Source of the DNA: a virus
Strand: one strand, 5' to 3'
Length of the DNA stretch: 64,000 bases
IMG/VR virus record: IMGVR_UViG_3300042389_000994
Span: 2,599-66,598 of that record
A program made the translations under genes and the position numbers. The notes beneath the pieces are model-generated. The model was not told where the DNA came from. It ran no database searches and worked only from the letters and a program-made list of their open reading frames with translations. Shown one piece after another: positions 55,537 to 64,000 of the stretch; positions within the stretch are counted from its first letter, which is position 1, and the number at the start of each line of letters is the position of its first letter.

Positions 55537-55866
55537 ATGGCTAAATATTTAAGAATCCCAAGCACGGCTCAAGCCACCACAACAAATGGAGATTTCTTCA
55601 TTGATATTGACTCCATTCTCAGTATTGTTCCAGTAAGCGATACCGTCCTTCATATTAATGCGGATATCCCGGACACTCTTAATGATACACTTGTTCTGAC
55701 TTTCAATAATGCTTCTCCTGCTCCAACTAGGATTTTGCATCAAATTGTTTGTGACGCCATTATGGCGGCAAATGCTTCTACCAAAGGAGGAGAGCCTTAT
55801 ATTGATTTGCCTTTAATGCCGGCTATTAGCGGCACTGCTACAACAATCACTTTAACTTTTACATAA
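55537..55866 (+). CDS. Small structural paralog 3
   Basis: MAKYLRIP..FIDIDSI..DTLVLTF..HQIVCDAIMAA. Confidence 0.65.
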   Translation: MAKYLRIPSTAQATTTNGDFFIDIDSILSIVPVSDTVLHINADIPDTLNDTLVLTFNNASPAPTRILHQIVCDAIMAANASTKGGEPYIDLPLMPAISGTATTITLTFT

Positions 55867-55867
55867 T

Positions 55868-56161
55868 ATGGCAACATTTGTGCAAATAGGCTCTCTAGCC
55901 GTTGTAAACAATGGATACTTTAATGCCTCAAGCATTATATCGATAGTTTTTAATGCAACCAACACCTTGGCAGTAAGTCTTGTTAATCCAAATACAGGCG
56001 CCGACGTTGTTACATTAACCTTATCTAGTGCTGATTCAACCTATGAAACTCACAGGATTATTGCTAACGCTTTAATTTCCGCAACCCAATCTGGTTCGAC
56101 TTATTTTCAGTTGCCAGAAATTTTACCGGGAGGTAGAACTGTGACTTTGGCAATCGGATAA
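55868..56161 (+). CDS. Small structural paralog 4
   Basis: MATFVQIG..DVVTLTLSSADSTYETHRIIANAL. Confidence 0.65.
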   Translation: MATFVQIGSLAVVNNGYFNASSIISIVFNATNTLAVSLVNPNTGADVVTLTLSSADSTYETHRIIANALISATQSGSTYFQLPEILPGGRTVTLAIG

Positions 56162-56177
56162 TTAATTCACTCATTTC

Positions 56178-56215
56178 AAAGCCACCCGCTGAATCTCAGT
56201 TGGGTGGCTTTTTTT
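56178..56215 (+). terminator. Intrinsic terminator
   Basis: AAAGCCACCC..GGGTGGCTTTTTTT. Confidence 0.8.
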
Positions 56216-56228
56216 ATTACCTTTGTGT

Positions 56229-56528
56229 ATGGCCGAGTTTATACAAATTGATAGACCCTTGTACACATCGGGACCGGTATTCTTGGGGCTATCTAATGTG
56301 AGGTTCGCAAGGGCATCATCAACATCGGTAATTGACATTTACTATGTAGGGGATTCTAGTTCTACTAGTTTGACCTTTTCTTATGCCGATACGTCATATA
56401 CGCTTCACCGATGGTTTTTTGATCAAATGGCGGAGGCCAAACAATACAGTGGAAGTACATATTTCTTACCTCCCATAATCCCTGTTGCCGGAGTGGATGG
56501 TATAACTTTTTCAACCATATCGCCATGA
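56229..56528 (+). CDS. Small structural paralog 5
   Basis: MAEFIQID..LTFSYADTSYTLHR..GSTYF. Confidence 0.65.
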   Translation: MAEFIQIDRPLYTSGPVFLGLSNVRFARASSTSVIDIYYVGDSSSTSLTFSYADTSYTLHRWFFDQMAEAKQYSGSTYFLPPIIPVAGVDGITFSTISP

Positions 56529-57244
56529 TAAATGATGTCCGTAATACGGTTTTAGCCATTGTCAATAAGAATAACTACGGCTACATTACCCCGGCTGATT
56601 TTAATTTGTATGCAGAACAGGCTCAATTAAGCATATTTGAGGACTATTTTCAATCATACAACAACCAAATCATCAAGGAGAACGCGAGGGCATCGGGGAC
56701 GGGTTATGCTAATTTAAGGCAGATTACGGAAGAGGTCATTGATACATTTAGCACTTCAGCATCGGTTAATAAGGTCGGTGGTTTTTATGCTGTACCAAAT
56801 GATTGCTACTTGTTGATGAATGTCTTGTTTGGGTCTAGAATTGTTGAGAAAGTCCCTATGAATCGCATAGCGATGTTGAATGCCTCAAACCTCACGGCCC
56901 CCTCCACGGATTTCCCTGTGTATGTTGGGTCTGGAGTTATTTCTACTGGAACATTGGGGGCAAGAATTAATGTATATCCGTCTAGTATTACGAGTGCTTT
57001 GACTATGGAGTACATTAGGTATCCGCGAGTACCCAAGTGGACATGGATACAACTTGGAGCGAACAACGATCCAGTATTCAACTCAAGCGCAGCTGACTAT
57101 ATTGACTTTGAGCTTCCGGAAACCGATGCTCCATTACTCATTTCCAAAATCCTGCAATATGCAGGTGTTTCTATTAGGGAGGCCGATGTTTATAAACTAG
57201 GAGCCACCGATGAGGCCACTGAGTACCAAAAAGATAGAGCATAA
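56525..57244 (+). CDS. Probable head-tail ring/adaptor protein
   Basis: V...VNK...GYITP.DFN..AQ, YIRYP..P.W, DFELP. Position in the tail module. Confidence 0.65.
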   Translation: MINDVRNTVLAIVNKNNYGYITPADFNLYAEQAQLSIFEDYFQSYNNQIIKENARASGTGYANLRQITEEVIDTFSTSASVNKVGGFYAVPNDCYLLMNVLFGSRIVEKVPMNRIAMLNASNLTAPSTDFPVYVGSGVISTGTLGARINVYPSSITSALTMEYIRYPRVPKWTWIQLGANNDPVFNSSAADYIDFELPETDAPLLISKILQYAGVSIREADVYKLGATDEATEYQKDRA

Positions 57245-58167
57245 TGGCATACATTAGTCAATACGAATATTATGATAATAATGGCAATTCGCCACAATCA
57301 GCGAATTGGGGTAGTTATCAGTATGTGTCATTGGATGATATCGTTAACAACTTTATGTTGATGTATCAGGGCAACCATGAACTCATCAATAATATCAATC
57401 GGTATCAGATACTCTTTTTTGCAAAAAGGGCTATACAAGAATTAAACTATGACGCACTCAAGGAGGTCAAAGTCCTTGAGTATCCTGTTGGGTCTGACTT
57501 AAAGTTGTTCCTACCATCCGACTATGTCAATTGGGTTAGGATTTCGGCGGAGGTTAATGGTGTGCTATTTCCTCTTAGCGAGAATTTTCAAGTAAATTTT
57601 GCAACAGCATACCTGCAGGATCAGAATGGCCAATTGCTTTATGACCAAAATGGGAATGTTCTTTCCCCCCAATACTCCGAACTTGATCTTGGAAGAATCA
57701 ACAATACAGCCCCTAGTCTATACACGAATCCATTGAGTCCATACAATGGACAGTATGGGTGGTGCATTGATGATGTGTGGTATTTCCGTTGGGGTATCGG
57801 TGGGGCCTTTGGGGCAAATACCGAAACGGCAAATGTGAACCCTACATTCTCCATAGATAAGCAGAGTGGAGTTATCAACTTTAGCTCAAATATGAGCGGC
57901 CTTCTTTGTGTCATTGAGTATATCTCCGATGGTATGGAGAATGGAAACAATGGGCTAGTAAAGATCAACAAGCTTTTTGAGGATTACATCTATGCCGCCA
58001 TTAAATATGCCATTCTAAACAATAGGACAGGCGTACAAGAATACATTGTGAACCGGGCAAGAAAAGACCGCAGGGCTCTTTTGCTGAACGCAAAAATTAG
58101 ACTTAGCAACATTCACCCAGGCCGACTCTTAATGACTATGAGGGGCCGCGATAAATGGATTAAATGA
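57244..58167 (+). CDS. Probable tail ring/tubular protein
   Basis: LPSDYVNWVRI, EYISDG. Position in the tail module. Confidence 0.6.
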   Translation: MAYISQYEYYDNNGNSPQSANWGSYQYVSLDDIVNNFMLMYQGNHELINNINRYQILFFAKRAIQELNYDALKEVKVLEYPVGSDLKLFLPSDYVNWVRISAEVNGVLFPLSENFQVNFATAYLQDQNGQLLYDQNGNVLSPQYSELDLGRINNTAPSLYTNPLSPYNGQYGWCIDDVWYFRWGIGGAFGANTETANVNPTFSIDKQSGVINFSSNMSGLLCVIEYISDGMENGNNGLVKINKLFEDYIYAAIKYAILNNRTGVQEYIVNRARKDRRALLLNAKIRLSNIHPGRLLMTMRGRDKWIK

Positions 58168-61100
58168 AATCAGTAATCAATTTCACAAAAGGGATGATGA
58201 ACAAAGACCTTGATGAAAGGCTTGTTCCAAAGGGTGCGTATGTAAATGGGAAAAATATAAGAACGGGGTCTTCGGAGTCCACGGAAATTGGCTCTGTAGA
58301 AAAGGCGGGTGGAAATAATATTGTAACTACTGTCTATTTTGACCCTGTAAATCAAACCAACTTATTGAACCCAAAATGCATCGGTGCATTCAAGGATGAT
58401 GTAGGGGAAGTTATTTATTGGTTTATAGCAGATGTTGACCAATCATATATATCCGGGCAGGTCAATCTTGTTGTTTCGTTCAACACAAAGACGCAAGCAT
58501 TAAGGTATCACATTATAGATGATAAGAATATTCTAAATTTCTCAAATGACTATCCGATTACGGGGGTTTCATTAATAGAGAATCTTTTGTATTGGACGGA
58601 CGGGTTAAACCCCCCAAGAAGGATAAATGTTAACTCATCCTATACGGGGTTAATGACAGAAGAGCCCTTTAATCTAATAGTTACTCCTCCAAGTTCTGCT
58701 CCAGCAATAAGTCTTACATTCATTTCAAATCAAGGGAATTTCCTTGAAGAGAATTTTATATCTTTTGCTTATCGGTATAAGTATGCCGATGGGGAATACA
58801 GTGCATTATCTCAATTTAGTGATATTGCTTTTTTGCCTAAAGACTTCGTTGTTGACTCCACATCGTACTTAAATGAGGGGATGCTCAATCAGTACAACGC
58901 TGTAAACATTAACTATTTTTCGGGAGGCTCATTGGTCAAGGAGATAGAGTTGTGTTATAAGAAAGCCGATTCCAATGAAATATATCTAATACAAAAAATA
59001 AACAAACAAAAAGAGAGCATCCTTGATAATGTAACTGTATCATTCTTGTTCTCAAACAACAAGATATATAGCGCATTACCATCAACGGAATGGTTTAGGC
59101 TGTATGACAATGTCCCGCACAAAGCAAAAGCGTTGTCAATTATGGGCAATAGACTAATGCTTGGTAATTACACGGAGGGGTATGATATGGTTTCATCGGA
59201 TGACTATCCTGTTAACATAAATTTTGGTTGTCAAGCATTATCCGAAGAGATAACATCGGAAAAGCTAACGACCCCAGCCCCTACCCCCTATACATATCCA
59301 TTATCGTGGTCAACATCGGCCCCTCAAACAACAGTGAACGGCGCTAAATTTAGGATTAATATACCAACAGCGTATCAAACCAACATTCCATCGGGGTTGT
59401 ACATTGGTTTTGAAATTACCCTTGAAAGCGCAACAATAAATGGGATTGCGGCTGGGTTAATAAACCCCTATCCGCAGGCCCCATTTACACTTAGTTTTAA
59501 TTTTACAACTCAAAAAACATATCCGACATTTAATAGTTTATTGATGTCGGTTGAGTTTCAGCAAAAGTTAGGAACAATATCGGCTTATTACCAAAGCGCG
59601 AATGGATTACCGTGTTCTGGTGGGTTTTCTTTGACGGACTACTTTGCTTGTTCAATATCGGATAAGCCAACAAGTCCTCCATTTGCAACTCATGCCGTTG
59701 GTTCTACATCTACACCAAAAACCGGATTTACAATAACGTCCCCCATTGGGCAAAATGTTTATTTTGAAATCGCTGTTCCGGCAATGGCTTACTACAATGG
59801 GACTTCATATGCCTATGAATATTTTAGGGTAAGATCAATTTCGGCGGAATTAAATAAAACGGGAGCTCCAAAAAGTCTTCATAGCAATAGAGATTATCAG
59901 GTCGGTATTGTATATATGGATGACTACAATAGGTCAACGCCATCCCTAACAAGTAACTTAAATACCGTATTCTTCCCATCATCAACATCAATTAATCGGA
60001 ACAGGATAAAGGTCACCATACCAGTATCTCAAAAGCCCCCAAAGTGGGCAACGAGATATAAGTTTGTTGCAAAGTCAACGAAAGAACGGTATGAAACTAT
60101 TTATACTAACATATTTTTTGATGACCCAACAGACCAGGGGATATGGATTAAGTTGGATGGAGAATCTCAAAACAAGGTTAATGTAGGAGATAGGCTCATC
60201 GTTAAGTCTGATAGTGGTGGCCCTGTTAGGGACCTAGTTACCACGGTAGTCCTTGAAAAAGAAGTAAAACCTGCAAACTGGATAAGCGCAAATACAATTA
60301 ACAACCAGCAAATACTTGAGCCATCAGGCGCTTATATGCGCGTCAAATTAGATGGGTGGTCAGCAAATTATGACCCGAAAAGTTATATTGATACTGGTTT
60401 TTTAGTAGCCGAGTCAACCGATGATGACCCTGGCAGCGAGGGAGCCTATGCTCATTTAAGGATTCCTTGCTTTTACTCAACCCCAGCCACCCCTGTTGAG
60501 AGATGGACTATACCAGCCGGGTCAACTGTTTTGCTATCATTTAGGTTTGTTAGAAATGGAAAGAATTGCGGAGGCTCAAGTAATAGTTGCGGAGAAACAG
60601 TAACCGTTTATTCTAGCAAATTCGTAGCGTCAAGAAATTACAATGACTTGTATGAATTTTGGCTTGGAGAGGGTGTGAATGTCGGTGCATCCGTGTACCC
60701 TATCTCATTGACATGTCCCGATGACGCTCCTATTAGTAATAGTGTTTTTAATGCAACACTCGGAGTAGGGCAAGGGGCTTATTCCATTCGTACACAAGGA
60801 ATAAATAGGTATCAGTTTTTTCAAGATACAGCGGCAGGGGGATCAACAACTCCTCTTTATCTCACATTAAGACAAGGGGCTCCAGCGTGTGGTGGGTTTG
60901 CTGGAATCGGATTAAGAAAAGGAATTATAGAGGCTAGGATTATTATTCAAAAGACAGGCGATAACCTCATTTTTGAAACCGAGCCAACAAATGCTATTCC
61001 GAATGTGTACTATGAGAACCATGAGTCTTTTGCTATTACAGCGGGTAATCATATGTGCAACAATGTCAATCAGGCAATTGGGTCGGGTATAGCCGGTGTT

Positions 61101-62831
61101 AGTACGCTTGATTTTTATAATTGCTACTCATTTGGTAATGGTGTTGAAAGTTTTAAGATTAAGGATTCCATAACGGGTTCATACTTTTTGCTTGGGCAAA
61201 GGGTAACGGCAGCTATAGAGTCGCAGTTTAAGCAAACGAATCGTTTTTCAGATATTACTTATAGCGGCGTTTACAATAGAGAAACTAATGTAAACAAGTT
61301 GAATGAGTTTAATTTGGGTCTATCTAACTATAAGCTTTTAGAGGCTATGTACGGTAGCATTCAAAGGATGCATCCAAGACAAACCGACTTATTGGTTTTC
61401 CAAGAGGATAAGGTGTCAAGGGTTTTAGTTGGAAAGAATATACTCTCTGATCTTTCGGGGGGGAATGCTCTTGTTAGTGTACCTGAAGTTTTGGGCAACC
61501 AAATAGCGAGGGTTGAGGAGTATGGTATATCTGAAAACCCCGAAAGTTTTGCGAGTTTTGGTGGTGATATTTATTTCACGGATTCTAAAAGAGGAGCGGT
61601 CTTAAAGTTAAGCGGAGAGCAACTAGCAGTAATTTCTAGTGTTGGTATGCAGGATTACTTTAGGTCTACATTGGGCACAGTAAAAAGAGCGCCCATAAGG
61701 GGAGGATATGATCCATACAATAAAGACTATGTGCTTTCAATAGGAGATGAGCCAGCGGGAGAAATAGTGTTTATAGATTGCGGTAGTGAAACATGGATAC
61801 AAGAGGTTGAGGTTCCTCCGGTGACATATAGGATAAATGTTGGGAGTGCAATCGGAACAGTCACTTTGCAAATATCAAATGCTATGGCAGACGTTCCATA
61901 TATATGTTATTATAATGGGGTTTCTGTTGATACTGGAACAACGGGGGGAAACCCATCAATATCGGTAAACAAAAACATAGAAACAGTAACCTATATAGAT
62001 TTGGTTATTTATGGAACATTTACGGGTGGTGGATTTTTATTGACAGCCCCATGCCCAACGGGTAATCCTATTACTGTTATTGTTGCCGTATTAACAAGCA
62101 ATGATGATGCGGGTAAGGTCATTGATGGGATACACTGGGGTGTTTACCCAAATCACATTATGAGTGATTCGTTGACTGTTCAGAGTGGAGCTTATCCAGT
62201 TCTTGGCAAGTATCAAGTAATACCATCATCCATTGGAAATGGCATTGTTCCCCCGAATGGAGGGAATATACGAATGTTTACAACTCAATCTCAATTCAAT
62301 ACAATTAATAGATTTCCAAGGTATCTTTTCTTGAGAAGCAATACTCTCTATGCCCTAAACACTGTGGCTGGATTAAATTCGTTTATAGCGGCCACAACTA
62401 TTGATTCGGGTACTGCAACAACTCAATTTGCCCCATATCCCGCCGAAGAATTGACGAAATCAATTGGTTCAGCTGGCGCATATTTATATCTTGTTTGGGA
62501 CTATAGGATTATAGGAAATGCCAACTTATGCGACACAGTTACATTGGCGGCGGCTTGTTGTGACTGCACGACTGCATGCGCAACATCCGTAGAGCTCCAA
62601 ACAAGTGGCGTTTTTGCTAGCTCTGCTCAAGCCTGTGTAGCGGCCGTAGAAAACCTCATTATATCACTTTATTATAGTGGAGGAGGCGTTAATATAACAA
62701 AAACTTTTTACTTTGATCTCCAGCAAACACTTACTGCATATCCAGGCGTTTATAAGTACTATGATTCCGGCGCTTTTAGATGGCTTGAGTTAAATTCACT
62801 TGGAAAAGTAATAAACACAGGAAACTGCTAA
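58164..62831 (+). CDS. Tail nozzle/muzzle ('stabilization') protein, N-terminal part
   Basis: F.KG.MNKDLDERL, LYWTDG.NPPRRIN, FAYRYKY.DGEYS, GNRL..GNY, YGISENPESFA, YFTD..RG.VL.L, GGYDP. Confidence 0.7.
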   Translation: MKSVINFTKGMMNKDLDERLVPKGAYVNGKNIRTGSSESTEIGSVEKAGGNNIVTTVYFDPVNQTNLLNPKCIGAFKDDVGEVIYWFIADVDQSYISGQVNLVVSFNTKTQALRYHIIDDKNILNFSNDYPITGVSLIENLLYWTDGLNPPRRINVNSSYTGLMTEEPFNLIVTPPSSAPAISLTFISNQGNFLEENFISFAYRYKYADGEYSALSQFSDIAFLPKDFVVDSTSYLNEGMLNQYNAVNINYFSGGSLVKEIELCYKKADSNEIYLIQKINKQKESILDNVTVSFLFSNNKIYSALPSTEWFRLYDNVPHKAKALSIMGNRLMLGNYTEGYDMVSSDDYPVNINFGCQALSEEITSEKLTTPAPTPYTYPLSWSTSAPQTTVNGAKFRINIPTAYQTNIPSGLYIGFEITLESATINGIAAGLINPYPQAPFTLSFNFTTQKTYPTFNSLLMSVEFQQKLGTISAYYQSANGLPCSGGFSLTDYFACSISDKPTSPPFATHAVGSTSTPKTGFTITSPIGQNVYFEIAVPAMAYYNGTSYAYEYFRVRSISAELNKTGAPKSLHSNRDYQVGIVYMDDYNRSTPSLTSNLNTVFFPSSTSINRNRIKVTIPVSQKPPKWATRYKFVAKSTKERYETIYTNIFFDDPTDQGIWIKLDGESQNKVNVGDRLIVKSDSGGPVRDLVTTVVLEKEVKPANWISANTINNQQILEPSGAYMRVKLDGWSANYDPKSYIDTGFLVAESTDDDPGSEGAYAHLRIPCFYSTPATPVERWTIPAGSTVLLSFRFVRNGKNCGGSSNSCGETVTVYSSKFVASRNYNDLYEFWLGEGVNVGASVYPISLTCPDDAPISNSVFNATLGVGQGAYSIRTQGINRYQFFQDTAAGGSTTPLYLTLRQGAPACGGFAGIGLRKGIIEARIIIQKTGDNLIFETEPTNAIPNVYYENHESFAITAGNHMCNNVNQAIGSGIAGVSTLDFYNCYSFGNGVESFKIKDSITGSYFLLGQRVTAAIESQFKQTNRFSDITYSGVYNRETNVNKLNEFNLGLSNYKLLEAMYGSIQRMHPRQTDLLVFQEDKVSRVLVGKNILSDLSGGNALVSVPEVLGNQIARVEEYGISENPESFASFGGDIYFTDSKRGAVLKLSGEQLAVISSVGMQDYFRSTLGTVKRAPIRGGYDPYNKDYVLSIGDEPAGEIVFIDCGSETWIQEVEVPPVTYRINVGSAIGTVTLQISNAMADVPYICYYNGVSVDTGTTGGNPSISVNKNIETVTYIDLVIYGTFTGGGFLLTAPCPTGNPITVIVAVLTSNDDAGKVIDGIHWGVYPNHIMSDSLTVQSGAYPVLGKYQVIPSSIGNGIVPPNGGNIRMFTTQSQFNTINRFPRYLFLRSNTLYALNTVAGLNSFIAATTIDSGTATTQFAPYPAEELTKSIGSAGAYLYLVWDYRIIGNANLCDTVTLAAACCDCTTACATSVELQTSGVFASSAQACVAAVENLIISLYYSGGGVNITKTFYFDLQQTLTAYPGVYKYYDSGAFRWLELNSLGKVINTGNC

Positions 62832-62835
62832 AACT

Positions 62836-63789
62836 ATGCCGATATTTTATTTTGATAGCGCATCTTTTTTGACCGCTAGAGCTCTATATACCAATTCAAA
62901 TTTAACGACTCCCGCTAATGATGGGTGGTATTCATCTTGTGGTTATGCCAGACAAGCAACGGCAGGGATATTGGGTCCACTCATTAATTGTTCTGACATA
63001 AGTGCTGGATGTGTTGTTCCGTGTCAAAGTGACCCTCCGTTAACAATAACCCCAACAGCAACCACCCGCGGTGTGTTTGACACACAAGTAGACGTGTCCC
63101 AAAAGGTTGGGGCAATTAAGGTGGAGATGGACATTAATGGTGCTAATACTATAGTTGGATTTTTTTGCCAATTGGGTGGAGATACATACCCGAATTCACT
63201 CAATAGAAGGCAATATAAGGTCCGACAGGGATTCGGTGCCCTTCCAAAGCCTTATGTGGGTGGTTCGGGGGGGGATACCTGCAATGCAGCGTCCACTATT
63301 CAATCAGTCCCTTGGTTCAAAAGAAACTCAGCCGGGACATGGACTCCGATACCATCACCGGCGGTAACTGAATATATTATTGGTGGGGATACCGTTACTG
63401 TAAATTCAACACTTGTAATGTTCATTCCCAAGCCAAACCCCGTTCCGTCCATTTTGAACGTTAGAATAATCCAGCCATGCAATGGATTTAATAGCAACAC
63501 AATGAGGATATTTTGCCCGGAACCTTTACTTGCGGTCAATTGCTCTTCGGTAAGTACAGGGTCAACTACTGGGGCTGACCCCGCGTGCCCAAAGGCATTA
63601 ACCAAACCACTTTATCATGGAAAAGTATCTGGAACTACTAGTTTTGCTGTAAGTGATTGGGTTTTTTCAGATGCAAACTCAGTGAACATCCCAGCGGATG
63701 GTTTTTACAAAACGGCCTATGTATCCGGGCCACAAAATCAATGGATTCAAGTTGCTGGAGGTATAGTTACAGCTACAGGTCTTTGTTAA
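62836..63789 (+). CDS. Tail-associated Cys-rich protein
   Basis: Repeated A.DG.Y..G.V..G.C modules that resemble the C-terminus of the preceding gene. Confidence 0.55.
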   Translation: MPIFYFDSASFLTARALYTNSNLTTPANDGWYSSCGYARQATAGILGPLINCSDISAGCVVPCQSDPPLTITPTATTRGVFDTQVDVSQKVGAIKVEMDINGANTIVGFFCQLGGDTYPNSLNRRQYKVRQGFGALPKPYVGGSGGDTCNAASTIQSVPWFKRNSAGTWTPIPSPAVTEYIIGGDTVTVNSTLVMFIPKPNPVPSILNVRIIQPCNGFNSNTMRIFCPEPLLAVNCSSVSTGSTTGADPACPKALTKPLYHGKVSGTTSFAVSDWVFSDANSVNIPADGFYKTAYVSGPQNQWIQVAGGIVTATGLC

Positions 63790-63796
63790 TAACGAT

Positions 63797-64000
63797 ATGG
63801 CTATAACAGTTGCATACAACGAACCGACCCAAGGATGGTCCTCGTTCTTTGATTACATCCCCGAATTTATGGTGGGATTAAATAACTCTTTCTACTCTTT
63901 TAAGAATGGACAGATTTATGTTCATAATAGTTTAGACGTTGCGCCATGTAATTACTATGGAGTTGCCAACCCGGCCGAAATCACTTTCTTGGTCAATGAT
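63797..64000 (+). CDS. Probable C-terminal half of the nozzle protein encoded as a separate gene (3'-truncated)
   Basis: MAITVAYNEPTQGWSSFFDYIPEFMVGLNNSFYSFKNGQIYVHN..YYG, open to the window end. Confidence 0.6.
   Translation, partial: MAITVAYNEPTQGWSSFFDYIPEFMVGLNNSFYSFKNGQIYVHNSLDVAPCNYYGVANPAEITFLVND

Noticed and set aside
1-64000. Integrase, DNA polymerase, reverse transcriptase/DGR, introns or inteins
   Set aside because: No supporting motifs were seen in this window.

Overview
The window is a 64-kb piece of a tailed dsDNA phage genome, most likely a podovirus-type phage of Bacteroidota. The host call rests on TAnnTTTG promoter boxes, leaders without Shine-Dalgarno sites and a BT4734/VirE-N-type primase. 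Three blocks are visible. (1) 1-15107 (+): the end of the virion module, dominated by a 4525-aa polyvalent protein, plus a metallophosphoesterase. (2) 15128-34485 (-): early and replication genes, including MazG, two DnaA-domain-IV-like HTH proteins, an SF2 helicase, a multi-TRD C5 methyltransferase with an overprinted gene, a primase-helicase, an SSB, RecE/Sak-like recombination genes and an AAA+/vWA pair. (3) 35159-64000 (+): GroEL/GroES, lysis genes, terminase, portal, scaffold, capsid and tail. The most notable non-gene signals are: a 15-bp palindrome GTGTGTC-N-GACACAC dispersed about 17 times, inside genes and at terminators; a complete hammerhead ribozyme between two early genes; two tRNA-like elements; a duplicated origin-like element; DnaA boxes beside two early promoters; and a palindromic repeat array at 15.4-15.7 kb. 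All calls come from reading motifs by eye. No database searches were run.
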